A program made the position numbers and the translations under genes. Of a DNA stretch of 64,000 nt, positions 25,126-40,216 are shown piece by piece. Origin of the DNA: Geosiphon pyriformis uo1 (lineage: Eukaryota > Fungi > Glomeromycota). The notes under the pieces were generated by a model that was not told the DNA's origin, made no database searches, and was given only the letters and a program-made list of their open reading frames with translations. Location: the NCBI GenBank assembly GCA_016748015.1, contig JAAOMT010000617.1, positions 814,635 through 878,634 of the forward strand. The letters are read 5' to 3'. The stretch's first letter is position 1, and every line of letters begins with the position of its first letter.

Positions 25126-28100
25126 ATGGCAATGCTGGAAATGCCAGAAACAATCGAAGCTCAGGAATATAAACTTGTCCAGCAACCCCAGCAAACAAAT
25201 ATCAAAAATTTGCAAATTCGAGTTTTAGGTGTTCCTCAAAGTGGTGCCAAATCCCGTGTAGAGACCCAAATCAAATTATGTTTGCAACTTGTGACTGATA
25301 AGGGAGAAAAGGTTCCCCTATGGTCTCATTTACGGTTACCCGAATACATGGTGGCAAAAGAAAAGTTAAAGACTAAGAATGCAAGAAATACTCAAGGTCA
25401 AACAATGAACGTTGTGGAAAAAAGTGTTCTCAATCTTGAAGCTACAGTAGTATGTGCTAGTGAAATCCCAAAAGAAGTTGTTACCTGTTTAGGTTGCGTC
25501 CAACGTGAGGTAATTAGAAATTTCTGATTTATTCTTACATATGAATAGTATTTAATTAACGATTGACATGGTCTACAACTCGGAAATCCCAAATCGTTTC
25601 ATTTAGCGCAAAAGATCACAACGAAAAAAGGAACACAAACTCGCCAAAGCCAATGCCAACGGATCTTCTATTGGCGAGGAAGTCAATAAACTGACCGACC
25701 CTGATGATGAAAAATCTCTTCAACTGGAACAAAGGAAAATACTTCTTTTCAACTGCAGTGAGATTGTAGATTTTAGTAGCGGTGATACCATTTTACCAAC
25801 GAGGATTACTTGTTATTGCCGTCACCACAATGAAAAGATAGGATTTTGGTTAATATCTTTTTTTGAAATTATCATTTAAAAATTCTAACAATCACTTAAA
25901 TTACGACATTTATTGTTTTTTTTCTAGCATTTATTTCGTCATGAAAGATTGTAATAATAATGTTATTGCACAGGGGAGATCGCCTCCTATTATGATAACT
26001 GACGATCATAAATCTTCTAAGACAAAAGGTGGCACTCGTTTGAAACGTCCGCGTGAAGAATACGGGCGGCGCAATTCGAGTGTGATTTCTGACTCTCCTA
26101 AATCTCCTGATCGTATAATGAGTCCTCCAATTCCTACCATAGCATCTAATGGATGTTATTCAGGTTCAGCTTCTCCTATCTCGATATTTCCTGCTCAATT
26201 GTCTTGCTCAATGTCAGCTCAACCCCAACCAGTTAAGCAAGAGAATATTCAAATTACCCAACAGATTCAAATACAACCATCTCTAGCCTTCTCATCAATA
26301 CCATCTCCACTCTCACCGATATCTCCGCTGTCCCCTATTTCATCAGATAATTCATTTGATAGTGCATTTCAACTACCCCAACAGTTAGATCATACAAGTA
26401 ATTCCACTTCGATTCCTTCCATGCCTTTCCCATTAGTTCCCAGCAATAATCCGGCCAATGTTTTAGCTAATCTTTCGATAGCCCCTTCCCAAATCAATAA
26501 CCTCAATGCTCTATACCAATCAGTTCAACTTCATAATTACAATAATTCAAATAGGTTCAACATGGGGAATGCGCCGCTTCAGGGAAGCGTAGGTGGTGGT
26601 CCAATAAGACTTCATAACACTATGAACTCTAATTCCATGCTGAGGCGTAATACTTTCTTCAATGGCGTAGCTAATTCTGCCTCGATGTTCACCAATGGAA
26701 GTATTAATGGATTTCCTTTGCCTAGAATGAGCAGGTTAATCCCATCTGAAGGACCTATTTATGGTGGGATAGAAGTAACTGTACTCGGAACTAATTTTTT
26801 TGGTAATTGGCAAACATACCAACATTTCGTTAATTTTACGGAATCCAGGCTCACTTTAATGCTATTTTATTTTTAACAATAATAGATGGTTTAACATGCT
26901 TATTTGGTGATTGTCCTGCAATTCCAACTCAATATTGGGGTCCAAGTGCATTAGTATGTCTGCTTCCTCCTTCGCCAACTCCTGGTCCTGTCATTGTGAG
27001 TTTCAAAGAATTCCAAATGAATGTCCTGGATCCTCCCGAGAGTGAAATTGTCTTGTTTACCTATACTGATGGTATGTATAGCATAAAAATTTTCTAATGA
27101 TTATTTTATATTAATAAAGAGGCGATCATGATCGTTATGAATAGAGTCGGATCGGGCTCTCATGGAGCTTGCCCTTCAAGTCGTAGGAATGAAAATGACA
27201 GGAAAACTAGAGGATGCTCGTAATATAGCTATGAGAATCGTAGGAGGTGAAACTGAAGACGGTCACTCTGGGATCAACGCCGGTAATAGCAATGTCAACG
27301 GAATGGCCAATTCCCTCTCATCTGTTTTTCATGCAACTTCCATGTCAAATAATCTCGAAGAACACATAATGAAAACTTTGAGCTTACTCGATATTTATGA
27401 AACGGAGTACTCGGATACAATATCTTTACAGAATGTTACCAACCATTCTATGTTACATTTTGCTGCTATCCTTGGTTTCGAGAAACTTGCTTCTAATCTC
27501 ATTGAGAGGGGTATCGAGCTAAATTTACAAGATCGCTATGGGTTCACTGGTAATTTAATTATTTAAATTGAATAAGCCGGAAGTAAAAATTGTTTAGAAT
27601 ATAATTTCTAAATCTTATAAGGCTCTTCATTAAATAGCTCTTCATTATGCCGCGTGGACGGGTAATACAGAAATAGTGAGGATATTACTAATAGGTAAGG
27701 TTTCCATATATGTTACATTTGAATATCATAAAGTATTGTATGAACACTTGCATCGAGGATACATTACATGATTAGAATTTTATGGTGTTTCAAATATTTT
27801 ATATATGATCAATTCAATAATGATACTGACATTCTAAATTAATAATCAGCTGGAAACGGGGATGTCATCCGGAATGCTTACGATCAGTACGCTATTGATT
27901 TGGCGCGCTCACGATATTTTGAAGAAATTGTTTACCTAATTGATCATCATCAGCATGATTCTGGAGTATCATTATCTCCAACTTCATCAGACGAATCTTC
28001 CACGGTCCATTCTGAAGATGACAATTGGTACAGTGAAGATGAGGGCGAGAGAAAACTGTTAGTGGATCAAGAGTCTAGAGAAATCCAGATAGCTGCTGAC

Positions 28101-29225
28101 AGAGAAAGAGCCAGAAGCCAATTTCCCCTGATTGCTATTGATAGAGGAAATAGGCAAATACTGGCTAATAATATTGAAATCGAAACCCCAAACATTCCGT
28201 GGGTTGACTCTGATACTGCAGCTACTTTGTTGCAAACCAACACTCATATTGAAGACGAAATTGTTAATGCTGAAGTCGTCGAAGACGATAAAAAGCCAAA
28301 GCAACCTCTTACTGATCTTGCAAACGACCTTGCTACTGCCTCCTCAATTTGGCTACAGAAAACATTTGCCCATCTTCATATGCCAACTCTCGGCAAGCCC
28401 TCTCCGATAAACATTCAATTACCGCATATAAAAATGCCAAATCTCCAAATGCCAAATATTAATATGCCTAATCTTCAACACTTTTCGTCTCAGAAATTCT
28501 CGACCTTGGCATTCACCCCAAATCTCTTCATACCGAGACCTTCCATCCCATCCATGGCTTCTCTGCATATGAACATTGAATTTCCAGCTTTACCCACAGT
28601 GACATTCCCAGCTATTTTACCTTCAGGTTTTGCAGGATTTGTTAGAGATGAAAAAATCTCAAACCTGCCGATTGTTAAAGCAGAAGGCAATGAAGATTTA
28701 AAGCTCGCTAGCATTACTTCACCATGGGATCATTATAAAAAAATTCTCACTTGGCAAGGAACATCACTCTCAGCAGAAGGAAACTCCTCTCAAACTAAAG
28801 AAGAAACCGCACCTGCCGGGCAATATGGAGTTGGTTTCTCAAGATTAGCTTATACCTGGCCATTATTTTATACATCAACTCCAACTCAGCCACAAACACC
28901 ACATGTACCAATGTATCCACATCAGCAACCATCCGAAGAACAAAAGTTTTCTGGATCACTGAAACATGCTAGTAGAAGGGTAGGGTTTCCCTTGGAATCA
29001 TTGAGTGATCAACAGGCTCTTCTGTATGAACGACATGAGCAAATGATCAGAAAACTGAAAAAGGACCGAATGTTATATTTGTTTTGGGTCCCAGCTCTAT
29101 TGTGTATGTAAATTTTCCCATATTGTTTCCTTTCCTTAGATCTTTCCATTATCTAACAAACTTTAATAATTTTTCCAGTGATGCTCGCGCTTGCCTATGT
29201 TCGCTATGGAGGATTTCCAAATTGA
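25126..29225 (+). CDS. MGA2: SPT23/MGA2-like membrane-bound transcription factor (multi-exon)
   Basis: KSRVETQIKL, PTRITCYCRHH, PIMITDDHK, IPT/TIG domain (PSEGPIYGGIEVTVLG), DRALMELALQVVGMKMTG, ankyrin repeats, C-terminal TM DRMLYLFWVP; start codon uncertain. Confidence 0.88.
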
Positions 29226-30389
29226 TTATGAAATCATTTCCTATTTATTGAGATTTTGGCCTGCCAAATATTCTCTGTATTTCTGATTTTTTAACTTACC
29301 GAATTAGATATCTTGGCATCGCTCCTTTTTATGTACATTACTTTTTTGACATTAAAAAAATTAGCATCTAGTGTGATGATTCATTTTCAGTAATCATAAG
29401 ATCAGATCGTTTTTGAGGTGACCAATATTCTGGTCTTGGTAAGATATCTCCCCTAAGAATGAGTTGGCGGAAAAAATATTATCCTTTCTGGTTTTTCATT
29501 AGGATCAACCACGGAAAAGTATTCAACAGAAATATCATATGTGTGCTTCCTATTTCCCGAATAGAAATTCAAATATTATGATAAATATGTTACATTGCCT
29601 ATCATGAATAAATCTGTCGGAGACAAAAATCGAGATCTATCAATTCTCGTAAGACCAAAGGAATATTTTCATAGTAAAAAACATGACAACATTTGTGAAT
29701 ATTAGTACCGGAGATGAACACGATGCAATTTTGTGCTTTCGATCGTTGTATCTGTTTTTAATTACACAAACGAAAATAATGGCATGTGTTTGAGATTGAA
29801 ATAATCATTCTAATCTCTGGAAAAGGGCCTAAGAGTTTTCAGCACCTCTTATTAACAAGCTAAATATTGTTCGTTAATCTGATTAGTTTGAATGTTAACA
29901 CAACACATAATTTATCCAAAACTGTTAGACCAAAAAACAAACTGCAATTAACATCCAAATCATGTATTTTAATCGGTTACACGATTAATTTTAACTTTTA
30001 TGAAAATTTTTCACAACTGAGTGATAACAGTTTTTTATTAAAACTAACACTTTTTATTTTGAATAATAAATATAATATTATTTTTAAAGATTTAAAATTT
30101 TTATCAGTTATAATTTAAAATAAAAAATAGTGTTTTTAATGCATTTTAATTGTGATCTTTTTTTAATAAAAATAGAATGATTTACAATCAATTATATTTA
30201 TATAATTTGAAGTTTTAATTATGCAATAATACATTAATCTCAATTTATTAAGCTTTTATATTTAATTAAATAATTTAAATATAAAATAGCATTATTTTAA
30301 TATTTTTAAAATTTGTGTAAAATATTTTATTATTAATTGAAAACAATAATATATTATACAAGAATTATATTTAATTTAATTTTTTATTT

Positions 30390-33340
30390 ATTTCTTTTAT
30401 AAGTATAGTTTAACTATTATTTAATACATTAAATAATTTCAATTAAATGTAACTTATGTATTTACTACATATAACCAATTACTTAAGCCAATTAAGACAA
30501 TACTATATACTTATATAAACACTAATATTATTATCTAAGCCTGAAAAAATAAATAGATTCTACATAAACCAAAATTTACAATAAATAATTCAATAATACC
30601 AAGCAATTAGACCATTCTATTTAACAAAACATTAAACAATTTACACAAAACATCTGACAAAATTTCTGTATTATTAACCAGACTATTTTTTTTATATCTA
30701 TCTTAAACTTAAATTTAAACAATTATAATACATAACAATGCTCTTTAACCAAATAGTAAATAAATTAATTATTACTAAAACTGTTTTGTTTTTGTTACTA
30801 AAAACTAAAATTGTTTTATTAATTTAATTCTTAAAAACAAAACTCTTGCACAAAATTATGTAAATATTAATATTTGAAATATATAATAAAAAAATCTAAA
30901 ATACCAAAAATATTAAAAAAAACTAAGTCTTTACTAAAAATTTTTACAATTTAACATAATTCAATAGAATTCCAAAATATATAAAAACATTTTTTGAACA
31001 AGTAAAAACATAATTTGGCAGTTTAACATTACTACATATTAAACATAAAATATTCAGATAATTTTTGTTATAAAGTTTTTTTTTAATCACAATTGACAAC
31101 TTTTTATAAACACTTTTTATTAAATATATATAAAATACAATTAAAATCTTACTTATAAAACCAGAAAGCATATGAAAATTCAGTTACTAAATTATAGCAA
31201 TACAAGTCTAGTTAATTTTGCAAATAAATAAATTATTTACAACTTCTAAATTAAAACCTATTTTTTATTAAATACAATAAACAGTTTGATAAATATTATA
31301 AAAAAATAACAAACATTGTCTAAAACAACCAAACTATTAATTAAAATAAACTTCTTACAAACATTTATAAAAAAAATTATATAAGATTATGCTATATTGT
31401 TAATAAAAGCATTGATCTGGTTATTATTAACAATTTTTAAGTAGTTTTTAACTTTTACTTACTATACAAAAATGTTTTTAGACCTAATTAAATTAGCCAT
31501 ATAATATTTTTCTATTTAATACTTGTTTTAAAAATCTAGTAAATACTGTTTGAATTTTAAAATATATATATTAATAATAGTATTACAGATAATTATTTAG
31601 GGTGTTAAAACAAATAACAAACTTGTAACTTGGTGCTTAATAGCTAGAAAGGTTGGTAATTTCTAAAGATTTTAAAGTCTAAAGGTTTTAGTTGAGCTTT
31701 TTGTATAACAAACAGATATTTAATTAATGATTTCTTTTGTAAATTTCTTTTTTTAGCATAATGGTTAATTTATTTTGGCAGTTATACCCTTTTAGTAAGC
31801 TATTCTTAAATTTTTATCTTTATTCCCAGGTTTTTTATCAGGCTATTTTTAATGTTAAATACTCAGTACTTAATTTTTTTAATCAATTAGTAAACAAAAA
31901 ATAAATAAAATAAATAAAAACAAATAAAAAAAATAAAAAAAATAAAAAATTAGTATTTTATTAATAGCTATAATCAAAAGTTATTGGTCTAGTATAATTA
32001 AGTATTGAAGTTTATTAACATGAGTTGTTAATAGTAAAAAAGTAATTAATATTTTTAATCAAGTAACAATAATATAAATTAGATGATAATTAGATATTTT
32101 ATTAATATTGATAAGTTTTCATTTCAAGTTATAAAAAACTATTTTTTAAATAAAAAAATATAGATAAGTAGTTATTGTTAATTATTGTTCTGTTGGAATT
32201 AAATACTTTTTTTGCTTTTAATACTTTTGTTATATATATATAATTTATGTTATATAAGATTCCTTGATATTCTGCAATTTCTTAAGAAAAATCCTAAAAT
32301 TTTTTTTTTACTACATTTATTTCTAATTGGCGATTTTATTTATTATTATAATTTCTATTTTTTATGAGTAACAACAACTTGGCTGTTTATATATAAGACT
32401 ATTAAACAAAACAAAGAAACACACTTTAGAGTCAAGACAATTGTCTGTAATTTAGTTATAGTAGAAAACAACAATCTATAAATTTTTATATCTATATTCA
32501 TATTAATATTAGAAAAATAAACTGCTGTTTTATCTGCCATTTTTACAGTATTCAAATTTTTTAATAAACTATCAATGTATACATTAATCACTTTTTTTAT
32601 ATTTTATACAAATGTTCTTAAACATCTGAAAATTTTTTTAAGCATAAAAAATTCAAACAACTAGAATTAAAAATAGTTTTATTAGACTTAACAAGTAAAC
32701 TACTTATGTAAACCACAGTTTTTTGAATCATAATAATATTAAATTCTTAAGACTTAGCTTTTTTCAATAACAAAATATTTTTCAATTCATAACTAATCCA
32801 TATTTATTCAACAATTTGTTTTTAAAAACAATATTTTTATGTTTTAAAGACTGAATTATTTTAAAATAATAAGAATTTTCCAAAATTCCAAATATTAAAA
32901 AACAATTAGAAACTTTAAATATATTAAATATATTGTTTACTATAGAAAACTTGTTTTTCAAAAAAAATTTCATAACACTCACCAAAAAATTATTAATTAA
33001 ATTAACTTTCAATTTAACTGAATACTATAGTAAATTTATAAGTGCCTATTTTAAAATTTGCAAATTTAAAGAACAATATATAAAAAGCCAGCTAAAAATG
33101 TCTACAATATTAGCAAACACAATTACTGAAACCTACTTTGTTTTTTATCTATACTTACTTAAAAAACTTTAATTTATATAGCAATAAATAATACAAAGTC
33201 TTATTAAAAAAATTTCTTAGTAAATTGGTTTTAGATTTAAGCTTTCTTCTTATTAAATTTAATTTATTATTAAAAAAATCAACAATAATAATTGAATATA
33301 TGTAAAAAGTACAATAAAATAATAATAACAACAATATTTA
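30390..33340 (-). mobile_element. Heavily hypermutated LINE relic (RNase H to 3' UTR) containing a solo LTR
   Basis: ORF 32355-32591 VYIDSLLKNLN...TKLQTIVLTLKCV is a G>A/C>T version of the LINE RNase H; relic 3' UTR hairpin near 30472-30495; boundaries approximate. Confidence 0.75.
31581..32373 (-). mobile_element. Degenerate solo LTR of the gypsy family
   Basis: tattacagataattattt... start and ...atgagtaaca end; flanks ATAG/ACAA fit a mutated ACAG TSD. Confidence 0.8.
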
Positions 33341-33505
33341 AATTAATTTTACAAAAAATTAAAAAATATATATTTTTTTTATTGCAAATTTAATGAGTAC
33401 AGCCCAACCACTATCTAAGTACATAAAATCAAACAAGATTTCAATTTAGATGTGGCTCATGCATTTTTCACATGTGACTGGACACTCAGTCCAGTCAAAA
33501 TAGTA

Positions 33506-36500
33506 CTATGCATGTACAGGATTTGTCAAAGAAATACTATCTAAGAAACCAAAACCTAGACTAGCAAGGCAAAGATACAGGCCAAAACACAAATGAACAC
33601 CCAACCTGAAATTGAACTCGCAGATAATACCAGCAGCTCATAAGCTCAATAAACCACCAACTGATAGCACAGCAGATCCATCCTGTGGCAAAAGATTGCA
33701 TTTCTTATAGAAGGCTCTCAGTTTAGCAGCAGGCAGCCAAATATTCAATCTATGACTCTTAGCAATATTATGGACCAACTTGACAATCAAGCTACTGCCA
33801 GAAATTAAACCAAGACACAAGACAGTATCTGACACCCAACTTTTCAGCACAAACCTTTTGGCCAACAACATATAAAGACCACCAGAAGACTTAGCTTCAC
33901 TCAAAGATCGCATTATTTCACTACTCAAAGTGGAATTACCAGCCATCTTACACCACTCCATACTAATGTTTGACAGTATATCCAGTCTGGCTATGTTATT
34001 ATACTTACACAAAAACAAGTAATCAGAGTCCTCAACCATCCTGCACCTAATGCATACCATGCTAGGATATTTAAGATCATACAATTTTTTTCTCACAGCG
34101 ACTGGCAGGCAACAATACAAAAACTTTATTAGGTAAGACTGTAAAGAAGCAAATAACAAGCTGGTATAATCAGAGCAAATCCCACCATCAGAATGCCAAA
34201 CACTAAAGAACTTGAATGAGTCGATGTCATCAACAAAATTAACATCTACAATGCCAGTCCCAAATTTGGACTCCCAACTGACAAAATTGACAGCATCAAA
34301 CAATTTCCTAACAAAATGATGCGCATTTCCAGAAACAGACCTGTTCTTAACACTAAAGAAGTGATACAGCATGCTCAGAGGCAAAACAGACTTAGACAAA
34401 GCCACTGCATTTGCAAAAAAATCCACTTGCTCATTTTTAATAACACTTGAATGTCCTTTGACTTTTCTCTACATGACTGCTAAATTTTTATTTTGAAATA
34501 ACATAACAAATATGCTTTTTCTCAATCCAGCATTTGTGTCGAAAATCAGGACCACAATTACTCATATTGAATTTGCATATATCCAATGATGTCTGACTGT
34601 CTGTAAACAAGGTGACTGTGCTAGATTCAGGAACACACTCCAATGCTAAAGCAATGGCTTGCAACTCCACCAGTGTAGAAAACAGCAATTCAAACACTTT
34701 TATACCAACACTAGTGTTGGCTTTCGGAAAATAAGCTGTAGCACCACCACAGGCACCAATAGACCCCAAACTCTTAACAAAACCATTTATGTAAACATCA
34801 ATAGAACCATGTCTAGTGGTAAACAACTGCTCAGACACAAATCCAATATCTCAAACAACATTGGCAGAAGCAGGATAAAATGCCACAACCACGTCATTGC
34901 TTAAACCACTAAACTTAACAAAATTGGAAACTGACACAAATCAAGCAGAAATTGGATCTCTGGAATCAAGTCTTTTCTACTTACAAAAAGTGTTCTAAGT
35001 GAAACACACACCATGACAATCTAATAGTTGGTCAGTAAAAATGAGGCCATATCTCCTAAGAGAATTCCTCACAATCAGATAACCATTTACACTCAACATG
35101 TCCAGAATTGGCATACCAGACTCAGCTCTAAAAACATTAGGGAGAGCACCACTTAAAAAAGTGTTGCACAAAGCAAGAGCATGTGTAGCACCAGTTAAAA
35201 AACAATTTAAAGAACTAATAGACAATGTGACCAGAAAATGGAGAGGGTGCTGGGGCATTCAGCTGGCTGCCTGTAAGTCTATTGCCCTGTGGTCGAAAAA
35301 CCTGCCAAGTGTTTCACTCGTATTGCTAAAATTGACCAGATTGGCCATCAAACTTTCAGTGAGCACTTGTTCAAAAGGCTTCAGGCCATATAACATAGGA
35401 TGATGCAGTGCCACACTAGGAAAGTCCTTAGGCAAATTTGCCTTGAGTTTGAGTCTCTTTCTCAGTAACTTGTCTTATTTTTCGCAAACACTCTTAGATG
35501 CAAAGTTAAATTGAAGTCTGTAGCAGACAATTGGCTGCAGGACAACAGAAACCAGATATAAAAATTGTTTCTCAGTGATGGTTTTCCTTAGGACAACATT
35601 CGAAAAAAATCTGATGTTAGCATGAATCTTGGCGAGACTTGGCTTGGACAACCTCTCAGTAGACAAGAAAATCTCCAAATAACAATGAGATTCACTCCTC
35701 TTGGCCATGGAAATCCTTGACCTACTAATGAACAGTTTAGCATCCCAAACACCTTGGTTAATAGGAATGGTGACAGTTTTGTCAGCATTTATTGAGATGT
35801 CATTAATAAAAAAAAATTCACTAGCTATGTTTAAAATGTTCTGTGTTGTCATCAAGCAGTTCTCAATCCAAATTGTGTTATCAACAAAGACACCTGTGGT
35901 GAAGAATGAAGTACTGTTACTGTTCAGGTTAGTCTTACCAGACTTAGTATAAAATTTTGAGCACATTCTGTAGTCATATAACTGTTTATGTTTCTTGACT
36001 TCACATAGCAATGGATTGTAAAAGATTCACCACAGTAGAGGTGAAAATACCTCTTCTTAATCCAGACCATCATGTACAATATAACCATCAAACAGACAAA
36101 AATCTGTCATAACCTGATTCAATTTCCCATTGTGTATACCACCAAAAAAACTTATGAAGCAAGAACACATCTTGATCCTGATCAAACTATTGTGCAGATG
36201 GGTCTAACCAACAGAGTCATATGCTTTGCATATATCTTGAAGAACCAACCACAATTCTCTGTTCTTCTCCAAAGCATTCTCAACAATTGAGCCAACAGCA
36301 AAAATAGAGAATTGTGTGAAAGTACCCTTTAGCACTGAAAAATTGTTATCATGCAAGATGTTATATCTACTACAAGCCAAGGATATTCTGTTTGAGAGAA
36401 TTTTAGACAAAATCTTTCGTGCAGTCTCAATAAGTGCTATTGGCCTAGTGTTGATAAGAGTACCCTCCCAATCATACAGTTTAAGAATCATAGAAACCCA

Positions 36501-38189
36501 AGATTTCCTCCACTATATAGAAACATTACCAGATTTTAAACACCTATTAAAAATGTTCAGAAGACCATTTAGAGCCAGGGAACCACTATGCTTCTAGAGT
36601 TCATTAGAAATTCCAGAAAGCCCAGCAGTCTTACCATTAGGCAATTCTTTGACAACCACCAAAAGTTCATCCAAACTGATATCACACATAACTCCCGAAA
36701 ACACATCATTGTTAATATAGTCTAATAGAGTGTATTGGTCAAGCCACTGACCTGAAAGAACACTAGAGACCAAGTGTTTTCTTGTCCAACTTTCCATTAT
36801 AGTATCAATTGAAAACTTGACAGTCTGAGGCTTCAAAATAAGCTTATCATTAATAATCAAATGATCAAAAACCACCTTTCTGAAGAACTAATCTAGAATG
36901 CTTTTAATCATTCTCCCCTTATCTGAGCAAAAATTTTCCATGCACTTTGCCACAGCTGCCCTGATGAACTTATCTTTGACAACCCTAGATTTATGATATT
37001 TGGATCTGCGGTATTCTTTCTTAACAACTGAAATGTGATGCACAATATCTTCAATCTTAGTGCCTCCATTAATCATAATCCAAACTTTGGATGTCCTATC
37101 ATTATCTAAGCTCATCCAAGTGTCAACAAAATGGCCAGTCTCCAAACTCAGGTCTGTTTTTATACTGTTAACAATCTTGGACATCAACATCTCCAACCCA
37201 TGAAATTTCAAAGAAGTCTTATTTTTCATGCTATCAAATTCACTAAACCAAAGTCTAAAGAAAATCACATCAGCAGAATCTATCATCACATTTTTAAGAA
37301 CATTCTACATGCCATCCAAATCACCACTATGTTCTATATTGTGAAACACAACTGATCTTTCCAGAAACTTGGCTGAAGAGCACTCCATAAAACACCTCCA
37401 ACCATTAGTGTCCATATTTTTTAACTTAAATTTCCAGCAATTCTTATTAGCATTCCTATGAATGCCATCTAAATGCACATTCAAAAGACCACTTAAGCCC
37501 ACCAATACCAAAACAGCTCTATAGTCAGTGTCAAAAAATTCAGTCACAGATTCCATTCTATGGCCGGCTGCAGCCAAGATTAGGCTCCCACTAACAAAAA
37601 TGTGATCAATAACTTTTTCAGCATTTCTCAAGTTGCTTTACGTTGATGCATCAGCCAAAAAATGTCTACCAAAAGAATTGACCAAACTCAAACTCAAACA
37701 AAAACCAAAACTTGTACTCTTTATTAACTTGTTTTTATTGAAATTACTGCTTAAAACAACAAAACTACTGGAATTGACCACCTGAGCTATGAAAAAATTA
37801 ATACTGGGCACTTGTCTAAACTGGTTGCCAGGAGAAGCACAGGTATACAAACCAACAACAGACACTGAAACCTTGTCTTTGAAAAGAAATTGCACCAAAA
37901 TAGTGTGACCAGGAACCTCTTCTACCTTAGACACATGTCGAGCCAAAAGATTGTCCATAATTATTGCCACTCCAGCCCCAAGGAACCCATTATCCAGACC
38001 AGATGTGAAAATGCGCATTCCATCAAAACTGTTTATAATCTATGATCTAATATTAGACCTCAATTTCGTTTCTGTAATGATAAACACCATATTGCCAGAT
38101 TTCTTATGCCAATGAACAACATCTTCCTACTTAATAGGGACATTGAAACTCTAAACATTGCATGTAGCAAACTTCCACACTAGTTCCAT
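33506..38189 (-). pseudogene. LINE ORF2: AP endonuclease, RT, RNase H, C-terminal Zn finger
   Basis: MELVWKFATCNV...ETKL, GVAII, IDHIFVS, TDYRAV; RPIALIE, QDICKAYDSV, FVDNT; VYINGF/ELQAIALAL/DSQ; CIRC...C. Confidence 0.9.
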
Positions 38190-39342
38190 TATTGAGAAGA
38201 GAGAGCATTAGAAACTAAACCAGTATTGTTAATCTTGGCCAAGAGGCCCATAACCGTGATTGAAAGATTCTTCAAAGTTTCTTCTATTTTAGAGACAACT
38301 GAAGAGTCACAAACTGTCACTCTCACTATAGTCTTACCACCAGTGGCCACATCTGAACTCTCACTCATCACTATATCCATCCCTTGATTCTGTGATAAAG
38401 GAGTCACCAATGGCTAATATTCAGAGCTAGGCTAGGAAACTGTTGGTTTAGGTGAGTCTAATCTCTTAGCCAACTTGTTAATACATTCCATGAAGCTGGC
38501 AAGACTATGCTCAAGAGCAACAAACCTATCATTTAGTTCCATAGACACTACTGAAGTAGGTTTTATCTCTAAAAAAGAACCAGAAGAATCTGAGCCATTG
38601 TGTACAGGGAGAGAAGAGAATAAAGACTTACCAACAACATTGGCCCATAAGATACTACCAAAAGAAACAGGATGAGAGATTGAAGCAGAGTGTTTAGCAT
38701 AAATGAAAGCCAGTCTGCTTTTATTATCCTCTGACAATATTTTGCAAGTAGGTCCACCAAGAAAAGTCTTCCCACTTACAGAGCAATTCAGAGATGTGTG
38801 ACCCAAATTCCCATACTTAGCACACTTAGTAGAAATCAGATAAGACCAATGCAATTTGGCATCCTTCAAGACAGGCATAGTCTCCATAGCAGCATCAATT
38901 GAAACAGCAGAGTCAAAACAAACAACAGCACACCTGGCCCAAACATACATAACAGAATGTTGATTGATAATACATGTTTTCCCACTTACAGAACCAATAA
39001 AGTCCCAGATATTATGAGCATTTGTGCCTATCAGTAGTGTATAGAGCAAAGCCCTATGCTGATCTTTTGTATCCCATGATTTCTTGTCTATATTGGCCTT
39101 GGCCACTCTCATGGCATCTTTCCCAATCAAGATAGACCATCTAGCTACGACCAAATCAGTCTGATCCTATTGGACAAACTCCACCACAGCCTTTTGCCAT
39201 AGCCTTACTAATTACATTTTGATCGACATAACAGAACCAAATTCAGAAAGCACAGTATGCACAGTCTCAGCTGGTGTTCCAACTGGAATTTCCTTAACCA
39301 CCACAGCCCGATCTGAATGACTAATTGATTTTTTGAGATTGG
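38189..39342 (-). pseudogene. LINE ORF1, C-terminal part (RRM-like segments, CCHC knuckle, coiled coil)
   Basis: ORFs 38432-39154 (CAKYGNLGHTSLNC) and 38189-38410; N-terminal part lies at 59667-~60400. Confidence 0.8.
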
Positions 39343-40200
39343 TGTTACAGATGATTATTTGGGGTCTCAAATCAAATAACAAATCTGTAACTTGGTGCTT
39401 AATATCTTGACAAAACTGGTGACACTGGTATGTTGGTTGTATCTGAAGGTTTTAGAGTTGAGTCCTTTGTATAATGGACAGAGATTTAATTGATGGTTTT
39501 ATCCGTAGCTTCCTGAAACTGCAGTTTTGTCAAATTTCTTTCTCAGCATGGTGGCCAGTAATCCTCTTGGTAAGCTATCCTCAAATCTATGAGTGTTCTA
39601 TCTTTGTTTTATGGGTCTTTTACCAGTCCCTATGATGTCTGTATCTTAATGCTTAATCCTTAATCAATTTTAGTAAAACCAAAGAAATAACAAAAGAAAT
39701 AAAAGAAAATAAAAGAAAATAAAGAAAATAACAAAAGCAATTGCAAGTTAGTATTCCATCAATAGCCGTAATCAAGAGCTATTGTTCCAGTATAGTTAAG
39801 TATCAATTACTATCAACATTTCATGTTGATAGTAAAGAGTGAATTGAGATAGTGAATGATTATTTATTGATATTTTGTGAATTGGAAAGTTGCTTAGATG
39901 AAATCTAAACTGAAAGGTCTTCTAACTAAGGATTCTGCCTTTCCTATTTCTAATACTACTGCTATATATACATAATTGAGATTCCTCAATTCCTCGATTC
40001 TTCACCTCAGGAATCTTGCAATTTCTTTTGAGAGGAATCCTGGAATTCTGGAATCTTGCAATTCCTCACATGGAGAATCCTGAAATTCCTGGAATCCTGC
40101 AATTCCTCTTGAGAGGAATCCTGGAATTTCACATTTACTACAGCTATCTCTGATTGGCTATTTCATATGCTAATATATTTTCTATATTCTATGAGTAACA
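39343..40200 (-). repeat. 3' LTR of gypsy B
   Basis: TGTTAC/GTAACA termini; aligns without gaps to 58805-59662. Confidence 0.95.
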
Positions 40201-40216
40201 TTATTCTCTCTTTTTT
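40201..40216 (-). promoter_or_regulatory. Polypurine tract of gypsy B
   Basis: AAAAAAGAGAGAATAA immediately before the 3' LTR. Confidence 0.8.

Noticed and set aside
39975-40130. LTR sub-repeats as a CRISPR-like array
   Set aside because: No unique spacers or cas genes; eukaryotic LTR U3 tandem repeats
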